A DNA stretch of 64,000 bases from Thermoanaerobaculia bacterium (lineage in GTDB: Bacteria > Acidobacteriota > Thermoanaerobaculia > Gp7-AA8). Numbering within the stretch: the stretch's first letter is position 1; every line of letters starts with the position of its first letter. Positions 36,776 through 48,323 of this stretch are shown piece by piece. Under the pieces are notes generated by a model. The model did not search any database. It worked only from the letters and a program-made list of their open reading frames with translations, and was not told the origin of the DNA. The DNA is taken from assembly GCA_036261885.1 (NCBI GenBank), contig DATAJY010000009.1, forward strand, positions 52,814 through 116,813. Direction: 5' to 3'. The translations under genes and the position numbers were made by a program.

Positions 36776-37554
36776 TCGTCCCACTTCGTTACGATCTCTT
36801 CGATCAGCTTCCCGACTTTGTCGGTGACCTTGCGGTAGTACTCGTCGGCTTTCTTCTGGTCGAATTTCGGGTAGCCCTGGCCGGGCTGATAGAGGCCGAT
36901 CGATGACGGGAACGGCGACGCGCTCCACGTTCCGGTGACCGGATAGGCGGTGGCCAGCTTGTCGCTGTAGCGTTCGGGATGAACGAGCGTGCGATCGACG
37001 GCCTGCACGAACGCGGTCTCGTTCCAGCCGGCGTGGCCGCCGTCTTCACCGAACACTTCCTTCGTCACATCGGAGGCGAACGACCACCAGTTGATCACCA
37101 GCGTGCGCACGTGCTTCTCCGCGGAGACTTCGTTGGCGATCGCGGTGAGCACCGCGGTCTGCGGTCCGCCGTGTCCGTTGAGAATGATGATGTTGCGGAA
37201 GCCGTTCTTCGCCAGCCCTTCGAGCACCGCTTTCATGTATGGCCGGTATGCGGACTCGGGGATCGTGAACGCGCCGGGATACGCTTCCATCGAGCCGGTG
37301 ATCCCGTACGGCACGGCCGGCGCGATCATGGCGTTGAGCCGCGGCGCGAGCGTCTTCGCCATCGCCAGCGGTGCGGTGATGTCCGCGCCGTTGTTCGCGA
37401 CGCCGTGCGGCTCGAGCGTGCCGGTCGGCAGCAGCACCGTCCTGATCTTCGACGGCACCACCTCGCGAAACTCCATCCAGTTGATGCGCTCCATCTCGCG
37501 CTCCTGCGCGCCGAGGGAGAGAGCGAATGCGAGAAGAATCAGCAGGCGTTTCAT
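36763..37554 (-). CDS. creatininase (creatinine amidohydrolase) family protein, secreted
   Basis: signal MKRLLILLAFALSLGAQ; creatininase motifs TGTLEPHG and ILNGHGGP. Confidence 0.75.
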   Translation of the reverse strand: MKRLLILLAFALSLGAQEREMERINWMEFREVVPSKIRTVLLPTGTLEPHGVANNGADITAPLAMAKTLAPRLNAMIAPAVPYGITGSMEAYPGAFTIPESAYRPYMKAVLEGLAKNGFRNIIILNGHGGPQTAVLTAIANEVSAEKHVRTLVINWWSFASDVTKEVFGEDGGHAGWNETAFVQAVDRTLVHPERYSDKLATAYPVTGTWSASPFPSSIGLYQPGQGYPKFDQKKADEYYRKVTDKVGKLIEEIVTKWDEAGV

Positions 37555-37574
37555 GCGCGCGATAGTAGCGCGCG

Positions 37575-40127
37575 TCAGGGGCTGACTCTCACTCCCAGTT
37601 CCTGCATCACCGGCGCGATCGGCACGACGATCGACAGGCTCTTGTTGTCCGACGAGACGAGCATGCCGATCAACTCGTTGCGCGCGTTCACCACCGGACC
37701 TCCGGCATCCCCTGAATCCGGAATGATGGACGTGAGGATCTGTCCATCCTTGCGCAGCTCGATCACCCGGCCGTTCGCGAGCGCGGAGCCGCGGCCGACG
37801 AGACGCACCTCTTCCCCGACGCGCACCGACGTCTGCACGCCGCGCAATGCGCCGATGCGCGGAACCTTTGCATCGAGCGTGGTCCCCTTCGCGAGCCGGA
37901 TCAATGCACCCGATTGATACGCGTCGGAGCCGACGCGCTCGACGATGCCGATGACGTCGCGCACCGTCCCTCCGTCACCGGGACCCGGCTGAAACACGCG
38001 CGCTCCTTTCTCCCCGCCGACGACGAACGGCAGCGTGAGCAGATAGCGCGTTCCGGCGGCGTCCTGCACGACGCAGCACGAAGAACCGGTGGCGCCGCCG
38101 CCGCCGACGCTCACTCCCGGCGTGACCGGACGGACGCGGCGGCGCACGCCGGGGCCGTTGTTCGCCGGCTCCGGAGGGGCGGCCCACGTCACCGGTCTGG
38201 CCGCGGCCGGCGGTTCGTACACGCTCAGATACGGATCGGCGATCTGGCGCGCGTTCTCGAGCTCCTTGATCTTCTTCTGCAGATCGGCGTTCGCCTTCTC
38301 CGCCGCCTCACGCGCCTCTTCGGTCTCGCGGATGAGCGCGGTCATCTGATCGACCGACGCCCAGGCGTTCTGCTCCGCGCGCTTGTTCGCTTCCGCGAGC
38401 TCTTTCTGATGTCGCGCATCGGCCAGCGCCTGGTCGCGCAGCTCGTTGTTCAGTTTCTTTTCGACGGCCGCTCGCTCGAGCAGCTGGGCGTTGTTCTTCT
38501 TCTGAATCATCCAGGCGCCGTACAGCACGACGATGAGCGCAATCGCCAGCGCCGTCGCGAACGTCTGCCCCACGCGCTTCATCCAGCGTGCGCGGCGGAT
38601 GAGCGAACGACTGGCGTCGACGAGTTGCAGCAGCGCGTCGCTGATCACCAGATCCTTCGCGGCATCGCTCCTCAACCAGTGCTCCGCTTCCTTCAACTGC
38701 TCTTCGTCGAGGAACCCGCTCTCCCGTCCGAAACGCGCCCACTCGTCGGCGAGCGATTCGAAGCGCTGCAACTCGAGCATCTCCGCTTTCTTGTGCTCGA
38801 CCCACGACACCAGCAGCGGCCAGTTGCGAATGAGCGCCTCGTGCGCGACCTCGACCTGCTGCTCGCCGGTGATGCGGACGAGCCGGTTCTCGGCGAGCCG
38901 CTCCACGACGCGCTTCACGCGCTCCGGGTCATCGCCGATCTGCAGGAGATCGCTCAGCAGCGCGCGGCTGCTCGTCACTTCCGCGCCCGCGGCCGGACGA
39001 ACCATGCGCAGCACGATGCGGCGCATCGTGTCGCGATCCTGTTGAATGAAGCTCTCGTACAACGCGGTGGCGGCGTTCGCCAGTGCCGCCCGTCCGCCGC
39101 CGAGCTTGCGATACGCGGCCAGCGTGATGCGGTTGTGCTCGCGCGTCTGCCACAACTTCCAGAGCGTGAACTGCAGCAGCGGCAACGCCGCCGGCTCGCC
39201 GAGAACGTCGCGCACGAGCGCGTCGACCACGCCGGATTCGAACTTCAGTCCGATCAGCTTGGCCGGCTCCTCGATGGCCTCGCGCAACTCCGCCGCGGTG
39301 AGCGGCGTGGCGCGCAGATCGCCCGCTTCGAACAGCGTCTGCAGCTCGCCGGTCGTGGCCAGGCGCGAGTCGTAGTCGCTGCGCATGGTCACGATCAGCA
39401 CATGCCCGTCGCGCGAATACGAGAGCAGCTCGTCGACGAAGGCCTGGCGTGAGGAGAGATCGTCGGTGAGCGTGAACAGCTCTTCGAACTGATCGATGGT
39501 GATGACGGTGGTCTGGCTTTTCTGCGGCTTCGCGCCGCCGTACGCGGCGGCGAGATTCTTCATCGGCTCGCTGCCCGGAACCATCGACGGCAGATAGCGC
39601 CACTGCGCGCTGCCTTCGATGGCGTTGGCCTTCAACGCCGGCAGCACACCGCCGAGCACGATCGACGATTTGCCACTGCCGGACGGCCCGAGGACGGCGA
39701 GAAAGCGGTGCTGGCGCAGCTTGTCGAGTGCGACGTGCACCGCCTGCCTGCGACCATAGAAGCGGCTGCTGTCCGACTCGTGAAACGAATTGAGACCGAC
39801 GTACGGACAGAGCGCATCATCGAGCGTCGGCGCGAGCGCGGGATCGAAATCGACGAGCGTCGGATCGTCCGCCACTTCGATCGACGCGCGATAGAGCGTC
39901 GTCACCCAATAGTCGATCAGTCCCTGTGCGGCGTCGCGCTGTTCCTCGACGTCGAGCAGCGCGCCGGTGCGCTGCGCCCGCTTCACGAAGTCGCGCACCT
40001 CGGGCTCGATGTCGCCGACGGTCGCGCCCTGCCGCTGCCGCGTCAGCAGCGACGTGTGCGTCGCGCGCAGATCGAAGATCGTCGGGAAGAAATCCTGCGG
40101 CTGCGAAATCGGAACGAGAGTGCTCAT
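37575..40127 (-). CDS. membrane-anchored nSTAND-type NTPase: N-terminal nSTAND1-like NTPase, one TM helix, coiled coil, C-terminal degenerate chymotrypsin-fold domain
   Basis: CPYVGLNSFHESDSSRFYGR hallmark, Walker A GPSGSGKSS, Walker B VLIVTMRSD; TM VGQTFATALAIALIVVLYGAWMI; ~90-aa coiled coil; C-terminus has GDAGGPVVN..ELIGMLVS (the Ser position of GDSGGP is Ala) and no histidine in the last ~250 aa. Confidence 0.75.
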   Translation of the reverse strand: MSTLVPISQPQDFFPTIFDLRATHTSLLTRQRQGATVGDIEPEVRDFVKRAQRTGALLDVEEQRDAAQGLIDYWVTTLYRASIEVADDPTLVDFDPALAPTLDDALCPYVGLNSFHESDSSRFYGRRQAVHVALDKLRQHRFLAVLGPSGSGKSSIVLGGVLPALKANAIEGSAQWRYLPSMVPGSEPMKNLAAAYGGAKPQKSQTTVITIDQFEELFTLTDDLSSRQAFVDELLSYSRDGHVLIVTMRSDYDSRLATTGELQTLFEAGDLRATPLTAAELREAIEEPAKLIGLKFESGVVDALVRDVLGEPAALPLLQFTLWKLWQTREHNRITLAAYRKLGGGRAALANAATALYESFIQQDRDTMRRIVLRMVRPAAGAEVTSSRALLSDLLQIGDDPERVKRVVERLAENRLVRITGEQQVEVAHEALIRNWPLLVSWVEHKKAEMLELQRFESLADEWARFGRESGFLDEEQLKEAEHWLRSDAAKDLVISDALLQLVDASRSLIRRARWMKRVGQTFATALAIALIVVLYGAWMIQKKNNAQLLERAAVEKKLNNELRDQALADARHQKELAEANKRAEQNAWASVDQMTALIRETEEAREAAEKANADLQKKIKELENARQIADPYLSVYEPPAAARPVTWAAPPEPANNGPGVRRRVRPVTPGVSVGGGGATGSSCCVVQDAAGTRYLLTLPFVVGGEKGARVFQPGPGDGGTVRDVIGIVERVGSDAYQSGALIRLAKGTTLDAKVPRIGALRGVQTSVRVGEEVRLVGRGSALANGRVIELRKDGQILTSIIPDSGDAGGPVVNARNELIGMLVSSDNKSLSIVVPIAPVMQELGVRVSP

Positions 40128-40152
40128 GAGGGGCCTGCTATGCCAATGCTTG

Positions 40153-41550
40153 CTATGCCAATGCTTGAACGATCGCGGCGAGTGGGTCTCCCGCTTTGCG
40201 GAGCTCCACGCACTGCTGATTGAGGTTCGAGTCGACGGCGAAGAAGCGCGTCACCGCACGTTGCCGGTAGCGGCGGAAGTGCCGGGCCATCTTGTTCGCA
40301 TCGTTCTCGGCGATGGCCTGATCGAGCGAGTCCGCCTCCTTGCCGAGGCTCTTCGCCCATTCCGCGGTGGCCGCGGTGAGCAGCGCCACCTGCTTCTTCA
40401 GCTCCGGCCAGGCGTCGATCAGCTCGAAGCTGTCGGCTTCGAGATTCGTGTCGACGCGGCGCATGGCCACATCGACGTCCTGCCATGCGGCGTGACTGCG
40501 CACCAGCTCTTCGAGCGTGTCGTCGAGACACTCCATCTCGTCGAGCGCGTGTTCGAGCTTGGTCAGCTTCGCCGCATCGAGATTCGCCTCTTTCGCTTTG
40601 CGGCAGACCAGCGCGACCGCGTCGATCACCGCATCGAGCTCGAGCTCCGATGCCGCATCGGAGAGACGGGCATCGATGCGCGGCGGCTCGGAGGCGAGCA
40701 CGCGGTCGAGCAGCGCGGCCGCACGTTTCACCACCGCGCCGTCGCGCGCCTCGATCCCCTGCCCCAGCGACTGCAGGGCGCGGTCGAGCGTGGCGATCCA
40801 CGTCAGCTTGAAGTTGTCGAAGACGTCCGAGTTGTTCAGCTGCTTCAGGCGGTCGATCGACTGCTGCAGCGTGTCGGAGTACTGCAGCATCGCGTCGACG
40901 GCGAGATCGTCATCAGCGAGGCGCGGCAGATCGCGCACGATCGGATCGTGGCAGTGCAGCTGGATGTGGTGCAGTTGATCGTGCACTTCCTTGAAGCTCG
41001 CCAGACGATCGATGCGTCCGGAAATGCTTTCGAAGCGGAAGCGGAACTCGAGCAGCGCGTCGCGCGCCGGCCCGCTGGCGATGAGATCGGCGACGGTGCG
41101 CAGACCTTCGTTCACGACGTCGATCTTCACCGCCGCATCGGACGCCGCGGGCGTGCGTTTCAAGGCCCGGATGAGCCGCTCCATCTGCTGGGCGATGCGC
41201 GTGTCGTCGAGGAAATCGAGGTACGAGCGGATGGAAAGCCACTTCGGCGGCTCGCACTTCTGCCGCAGGATCGGGATGAGCTTCCCCTTCGAGCCGGTGG
41301 GATCGGTCTGCACCGAGAGCAGCCCTTCGAAGCGCGTCCATTCGCTCTGCACCCACGCGTCGGTGAGCACGACCACCGTTCGCTGCGCGTTCTCGACGGC
41401 GCTGGTCATGTTCTCGATCGACGTTGCGCCTCCGGCAAAGTCGTCGGAGTCGATGAGCACATCGATGCCGTGCGCCGTGAGCGTCCGCACCAGCACGCCG
41501 TCTACCCACTCCTTGTCTTTGTGGCTGTAGCTGATGAAGACGTCGTGCAT
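40153..41550 (-). CDS. TIR domain protein with ~320-aa helical C-terminal region
   Basis: N-terminus MHDVFISYSHKDKEWV...; conserved SxW..E (SEWTRFE) with candidate catalytic Glu; 25 nt upstream of the STAND gene. Confidence 0.8.
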   Translation of the reverse strand: MHDVFISYSHKDKEWVDGVLVRTLTAHGIDVLIDSDDFAGGATSIENMTSAVENAQRTVVVLTDAWVQSEWTRFEGLLSVQTDPTGSKGKLIPILRQKCEPPKWLSIRSYLDFLDDTRIAQQMERLIRALKRTPAASDAAVKIDVVNEGLRTVADLIASGPARDALLEFRFRFESISGRIDRLASFKEVHDQLHHIQLHCHDPIVRDLPRLADDDLAVDAMLQYSDTLQQSIDRLKQLNNSDVFDNFKLTWIATLDRALQSLGQGIEARDGAVVKRAAALLDRVLASEPPRIDARLSDAASELELDAVIDAVALVCRKAKEANLDAAKLTKLEHALDEMECLDDTLEELVRSHAAWQDVDVAMRRVDTNLEADSFELIDAWPELKKQVALLTAATAEWAKSLGKEADSLDQAIAENDANKMARHFRRYRQRAVTRFFAVDSNLNQQCVELRKAGDPLAAIVQALA

Positions 41551-41684
41551 CTCCGGGAACCCTCGTTGTGTAGTGAAGGAAGTATGCGCGTCGTTACAAA
41601 CGGAGGGAAGGGGCGCAGGATCGAGGGAGGTCGCGACGAGGCGCGGAAACGTGCGCGGCTTACGGCACGCGACACGCGTCCGAT

Positions 41685-42389
41685 CTATGGCGCGTAGCGG
41701 CGCGTCGGAATGCCTTCGCTGCGCGAGATGCTCAGGCCGGCGAACGTCCGAATCAGCTTTCGCCCTTCGGCGTCGCCCGATTCATACGCGCGGCAGAGCA
41801 TGTCGATCTTGGCGGGCTCTTCGTCGCACGACACGGTGAAGCCGTTGCGCGGCTGCGTGCGATCGCTGGTCTTCGTCTTTGTCCAGCCGCGCGGGCCGAG
41901 CTCGCATCGAAGCAGCTCCTCGCTCTTGCCGGTCTGAAACGACTGCGCGGCGATGGCGGGGATGCCCATCGCGTTCGCTTTCTGTTCGTCGAGCGCGCGC
42001 GTCACCGCGGCCTCGATGATCTCGCGAATCGTCGCGTCGGCGACCTCGTCCCTGGAGATGATGGCCAGGCCGGTGTGATGCAGCGTTTTCTCGAGCAGCG
42101 TCCGCGCGGCCTTCGCCACTTCCGTGCGCCGCACCTCGCAGCGCATCGTCACGCGGCGTCCCTGCCACTGGAACTGCAGCGTGCAGAGCTCGCCCATTTT
42201 CGGAAGCGGATCCTGATGCGCGACGCGCAGGCCGCTGAGGGAGAGATCGACCACGTACACGATCACCGTCCCGACCGTGCCACGGATGCGCTCGACAGGT
42301 GTCACGCGGCCGTACTGCCGCCGTTCCAGATTCATGAGGGAGCTGCTCGCGCTCAAGACCTTCTCACCGACCCGGGCGAATTGTCGCAT
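41685..42389 (-). CDS. PilZ domain-containing protein (putative c-di-GMP receptor); alternative start at Met19
   Basis: PilZ motifs RRQYGR (RxxxR) and DLSLSG (D/NxSxxG) near the N-terminus. Confidence 0.5.
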   Translation of the reverse strand: MRQFARVGEKVLSASSSLMNLERRQYGRVTPVERIRGTVGTVIVYVVDLSLSGLRVAHQDPLPKMGELCTLQFQWQGRRVTMRCEVRRTEVAKAARTLLEKTLHHTGLAIISRDEVADATIREIIEAAVTRALDEQKANAMGIPAIAAQSFQTGKSEELLRCELGPRGWTKTKTSDRTQPRNGFTVSCDEEPAKIDMLCRAYESGDAEGRKLIRTFAGLSISRSEGIPTRRYAP

Positions 42390-42478
42390 GGAAAAGTCGG
42401 TTTTCCGGCGAAGCGGCGTGAGTTGTGCGTGAAGCGGAATAGGAATTCGTAACGCACGAAACCGCTTAACGGCCGCGA

Positions 42479-44416
42479 ATGCAGCAATTTCGATACGACA
42501 TCCGCAACGTTGCCATCATCGCCCACGTCGACCACGGAAAGACTACGCTCGTCGATGCGCTCCTCAAACAGGCCGGCGCCATCCGCGCGCACCAGCAGGT
42601 CGACGAGCGCGTCATGGATTCGAACGATCTCGAAAAAGAACGCGGGATCACGATTCTGGCGAAGAACACGTCGATCCGTTACTTCGTCGATCAGCCGGAC
42701 GCCCTCGGCCATCCGGTTCATCACGAGACGACGCACACGGCGAGCGGCCACGACCTCCCCGCGGAATTCGTTCACCCCACCGAGGTGAAGATCAACATCG
42801 TCGACACCCCGGGCCACGCCGATTTCGGTGGTGAAGTCGAGCGCGTCCTCTCGATGGTCGACGGCGTCATCCTCCTCGTCGATGCCGCCGAAGGCCCGAT
42901 GCCGCAGACGCGTTTCGTGTTGCGCAAAGCCCTCGGACTCGGCCTGCTGCCGATCGTCGTCATCAACAAGATCGATCGCAGCGACGCGCGCGCAAACGAA
43001 GTCGTCAACGAAGTGTTCGACCTCATGGTCGAGCTCGGAGCCACCGACGAACAGCTCGACTTCCCGATCCTCTATGCGATCGGCCGTCAGGGCATCGTCC
43101 GCCACGAGCTCACCGACACCACCGAAGACTGCCGTCCGCTGTTCGACGCGATCCTCAAGCGCATCCCGCCGCCTCCCGGCTACGCGGACGCGCCGCTGCA
43201 GCTGCTCGTCAGCGCCATCGACTACAACGACTACGTCGGCCGTCTCGGCGTCGGCCGCATCCAGCGCGGCCGCATTCGCCAGAACTCCGACGTCATCCTC
43301 ATTCTCCGCGACGGCACGCACAAGAAAGGCCGCGTCACCAAGCTGCAGGCCTTCGAAGGGCTGACGCGCAAGGACGTGGACGAAGCGTCGGCGGGTGAGA
43401 TCGTCACCGTGGCCGGCTTCGCCGACGTCGAGATCGGCGAGACCTTCACCGCTGCTGATGCGCCGGAACGCCTCGAGCCGATCGCCATCGACGAGCCGAC
43501 CGTCTCGATGTTCTGGATGGTCAACGACTCGCCGTTCGCCGGCACCGAAGGCAAATACGTCACCTCGCGCAACATCAAAGACCGCCTCGACCGCGAACTG
43601 CGCAAAGACGTCGCGCTGCGCGTGCGCGAGACCGGTCAGGCCGACCGCTTCGAAGTGGCCGGCCGCGGCGAGCTGCACCTCTCGATCCTCGCGGAGAACA
43701 TGCGTCGCGAAGGCTACGAGTTCGCGCTCTCGCGCCCGCAGGTCATCCTCAAGGAGATCGACGGCAAGACGATGGAGCCGTATGAAGCACTCGTCGTCGA
43801 CGTCGAAGAAGCGCACGTCGGCCCGATCATGGAAAAGCTGCAGCAGCGCCGCGCCGAGATGACCGACATGGTCAACCCCGGCACCGGCCGCGTGCGCATC
43901 GAGTTCAAGATCCCCACCCGCGGCCTCTTCGGCATCCGCACCGAATTCCTCAGTGAAACGCGCGGTACCGGACTCCTGTACCACACGTTTCTGCAGTACG
44001 GTCCGTACCGCGGCGAGCTGACCTCGCGCAACCGCGGCGCGCTCGTGGCGAAGGAAGCGGGCGATACGACCGCCTACGCGATCGAGCCGCTGCAGGAACG
44101 CTCCACGCTCTTCCTCGGGCCAGGCAACAAGGTCTACGGCGGCCAGGTCGTCGGCGAAAACTCGCGCGACAACGACATGGTCGTGCAGGTCTGCCGCGCC
44201 AAGCACCTCACCAACATGCGCGCCTCCGGCTCCGACATCGCCGTGAAGCTCACCCCCCCACGCCTCATGACCCTCGAACAATGCCTCGACTGGATCGAAG
44301 ACGACGAGCTCGTGGAAGTCACCCCCGAGTCGATCCGCATCCGCAAACAGATCCTCGACCACTCCCAACGCGAAGTGGCCGCGAAAAAGGCGAAGAAGGC
44401 CGAAGCGGCGGGGTGA
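42479..44416 (+). CDS. typA: ribosome-associated GTPase BipA/TypA, with a ~32-aa insertion in the G domain
   Basis: G1 [11 protein letters not shown]3 DTPGHADF, G4 NKID; BipA-specific C-terminal domain; extra segment [38 protein letters not shown] where canonical BipA has ~6 residues. Confidence 0.9.
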   Translation: MQQFRYDIRNVAIIAHVDHGKTTLVDALLKQAGAIRAHQQVDERVMDSNDLEKERGITILAKNTSIRYFVDQPDALGHPVHHETTHTASGHDLPAEFVHPTEVKINIVDTPGHADFGGEVERVLSMVDGVILLVDAAEGPMPQTRFVLRKALGLGLLPIVVINKIDRSDARANEVVNEVFDLMVELGATDEQLDFPILYAIGRQGIVRHELTDTTEDCRPLFDAILKRIPPPPGYADAPLQLLVSAIDYNDYVGRLGVGRIQRGRIRQNSDVILILRDGTHKKGRVTKLQAFEGLTRKDVDEASAGEIVTVAGFADVEIGETFTAADAPERLEPIAIDEPTVSMFWMVNDSPFAGTEGKYVTSRNIKDRLDRELRKDVALRVRETGQADRFEVAGRGELHLSILAENMRREGYEFALSRPQVILKEIDGKTMEPYEALVVDVEEAHVGPIMEKLQQRRAEMTDMVNPGTGRVRIEFKIPTRGLFGIRTEFLSETRGTGLLYHTFLQYGPYRGELTSRNRGALVAKEAGDTTAYAIEPLQERSTLFLGPGNKVYGGQVVGENSRDNDMVVQVCRAKHLTNMRASGSDIAVKLTPPRLMTLEQCLDWIEDDELVEVTPESIRIRKQILDHSQREVAAKKAKKAEAAG

Positions 44417-44427
44417 GTGGTGGGTGG

Positions 44428-45160
44428 GTTGAATTGAAAATTGAAAATTGAAAATTGAAATCACTCGTCGCCAGCGTGACTCGTCGCGCTGGCGATTTTG
44501 CTTTTGAGGGACAACGCGTCACTCGTGCATCCGCCCGCGTGTCATCCCGAGCGGAGCGCGTAGCGCGGAGTCGAAGGGACCCCCTTCCCGACAACGCGGT
44601 ACTCGTGCTTTCGCAGGGGATCCCTCCACTCGCTCCGCTCGGTCGGGATGACACATGCGCGCCCACGTGTCATCCCGAGCGGAGCGCGCAGCGCGGAGTC
44701 GAGGGACCCCCTTCCGACAACGCGGTACTCGTGCATTCGCGGGGGATCCCTCCACTCGCTCCGCTCGGTCGGGATGACACAGGCGCCCCGCGTGTCATCC
44801 CGAGCGGAGCGCGTAGCGCGGAGTCAGGGACCCCCTTCCGACAACGCGTCACTCGTGCTTCCGCGGGGGATCCCTCCACTCGCTCCGCTCGGTCGGGATG
44901 ACACAGGCGCGCTTCCGACAACGCGTCACTCGTGCATCCGCCCGCGTGTCATCCCGAGCGGAGCGCGCAGCGCGGAGTCGAAGGGATCCCCTTCCGACAA
45001 CGCGGTACTCGTGCATCAGCAGGGGATCCCTCCACTCGCTGCGCTCGGTCGGGATGACACATGCGCGCTCGCGTGTCATCCCGAGCGGAGCGCGTAGCGC
45101 GGAGTCGAAGGGCATCGCGCTGGCGAAACCTGATTTCAATTTTCAATTTTCAATTTCCCG
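44428..45160. repeat. ~730-bp composite repeat element: (TTGAAAA)n terminal inverted repeats enclosing about six tandem family-1 hairpin units
   Basis: left end gaattgaaaattgaaaattgaaaattgaaatc, right end gatttcaattttcaattttcaatttc (exact reverse complement); interior alternates the gtgtcatcccgagcggagcg.. arm, a ~30-nt cttccgacaacgcggtactcgtgc core and the inverted arm. Confidence 0.85.
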
Positions 45161-45172
45161 CCGCCTCAATCC

Positions 45173-47800
<2,628 letters not shown>

Positions 47801-47979
47801 GGACCGTATTGTACGGGGGTTGTTCGGCCGGCAGTGCCGGGGGATGGATGCGGAGCGCCGACAGGTTTCGCGAGCGTCACATCCGCCGTTCGACCATCAG
47901 TTCGCAGCCGGGACGCACGCGCGAAACGTCTCGTCGAATCGCATCCCATCACTCATCCGCAGCGCCGGCCAGCCGGCTC

Positions 47980-48207
47980 TCAACGCCGAATCACCACGAT
48001 CTCCGCGGTGTCGTACTCCTCGTCCAGCAGAACCTTCGTGTCTCTGCGCAGAAGCTGCTGGCGAAGGTACGTGTGCAGAACGCTTTTGGTGCGGAGCTCG
48101 CGCAGTTGCGAGGGAGACGCGGGACTCGCGCTGTCGAAGACGGAGTGTTCGCGGATCTCCTCTTCCAATCGCTCGACCTGTCGCCGCAACCAGTCCGTGG
48201 TGCTCAT
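47980..48207 (-). CDS. small hypothetical protein (coiled-coil, DUF465/YdcH-like?)
   Basis: 75 aa, LRRQVERLEEEIREH helix; weak evidence. Confidence 0.3.
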   Translation of the reverse strand: MSTTDWLRRQVERLEEEIREHSVFDSASPASPSQLRELRTKSVLHTYLRQQLLRRDTKVLLDEEYDTAEIVVIRR

Positions 48208-48323
48208 ACGCTCTGCATATTCGGTTCACTCCGCGCGAGGTTGCGTGAGGCGAGTCACGCCTTCACAAGTTGTTCACCGGCGCGATCGTTCGCGCGCCGC
48301 CATGCAAGAATGCCGGTCTCTCG

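Noticed and set aside
37575-38175. Active trypsin-like serine protease at the C-terminus of the STAND protein
   Set aside because: The GDSGGP-equivalent is GDAGGP (Ser replaced by Ala) and there is no histidine in the final ~250 residues, so a Ser-His-Asp triad cannot exist. I call it a degenerate protease-like (probably sensor) domain instead.
44455-44901. 148-aa ORF translating the hairpin repeat array into a repetitive protein (CHPERSAQRGVEGPP... units)
   Set aside because: The periodicity simply mirrors the DNA repeat. There is no start context, and equivalent ORFs appear on both strands, so this is a non-coding repeat.
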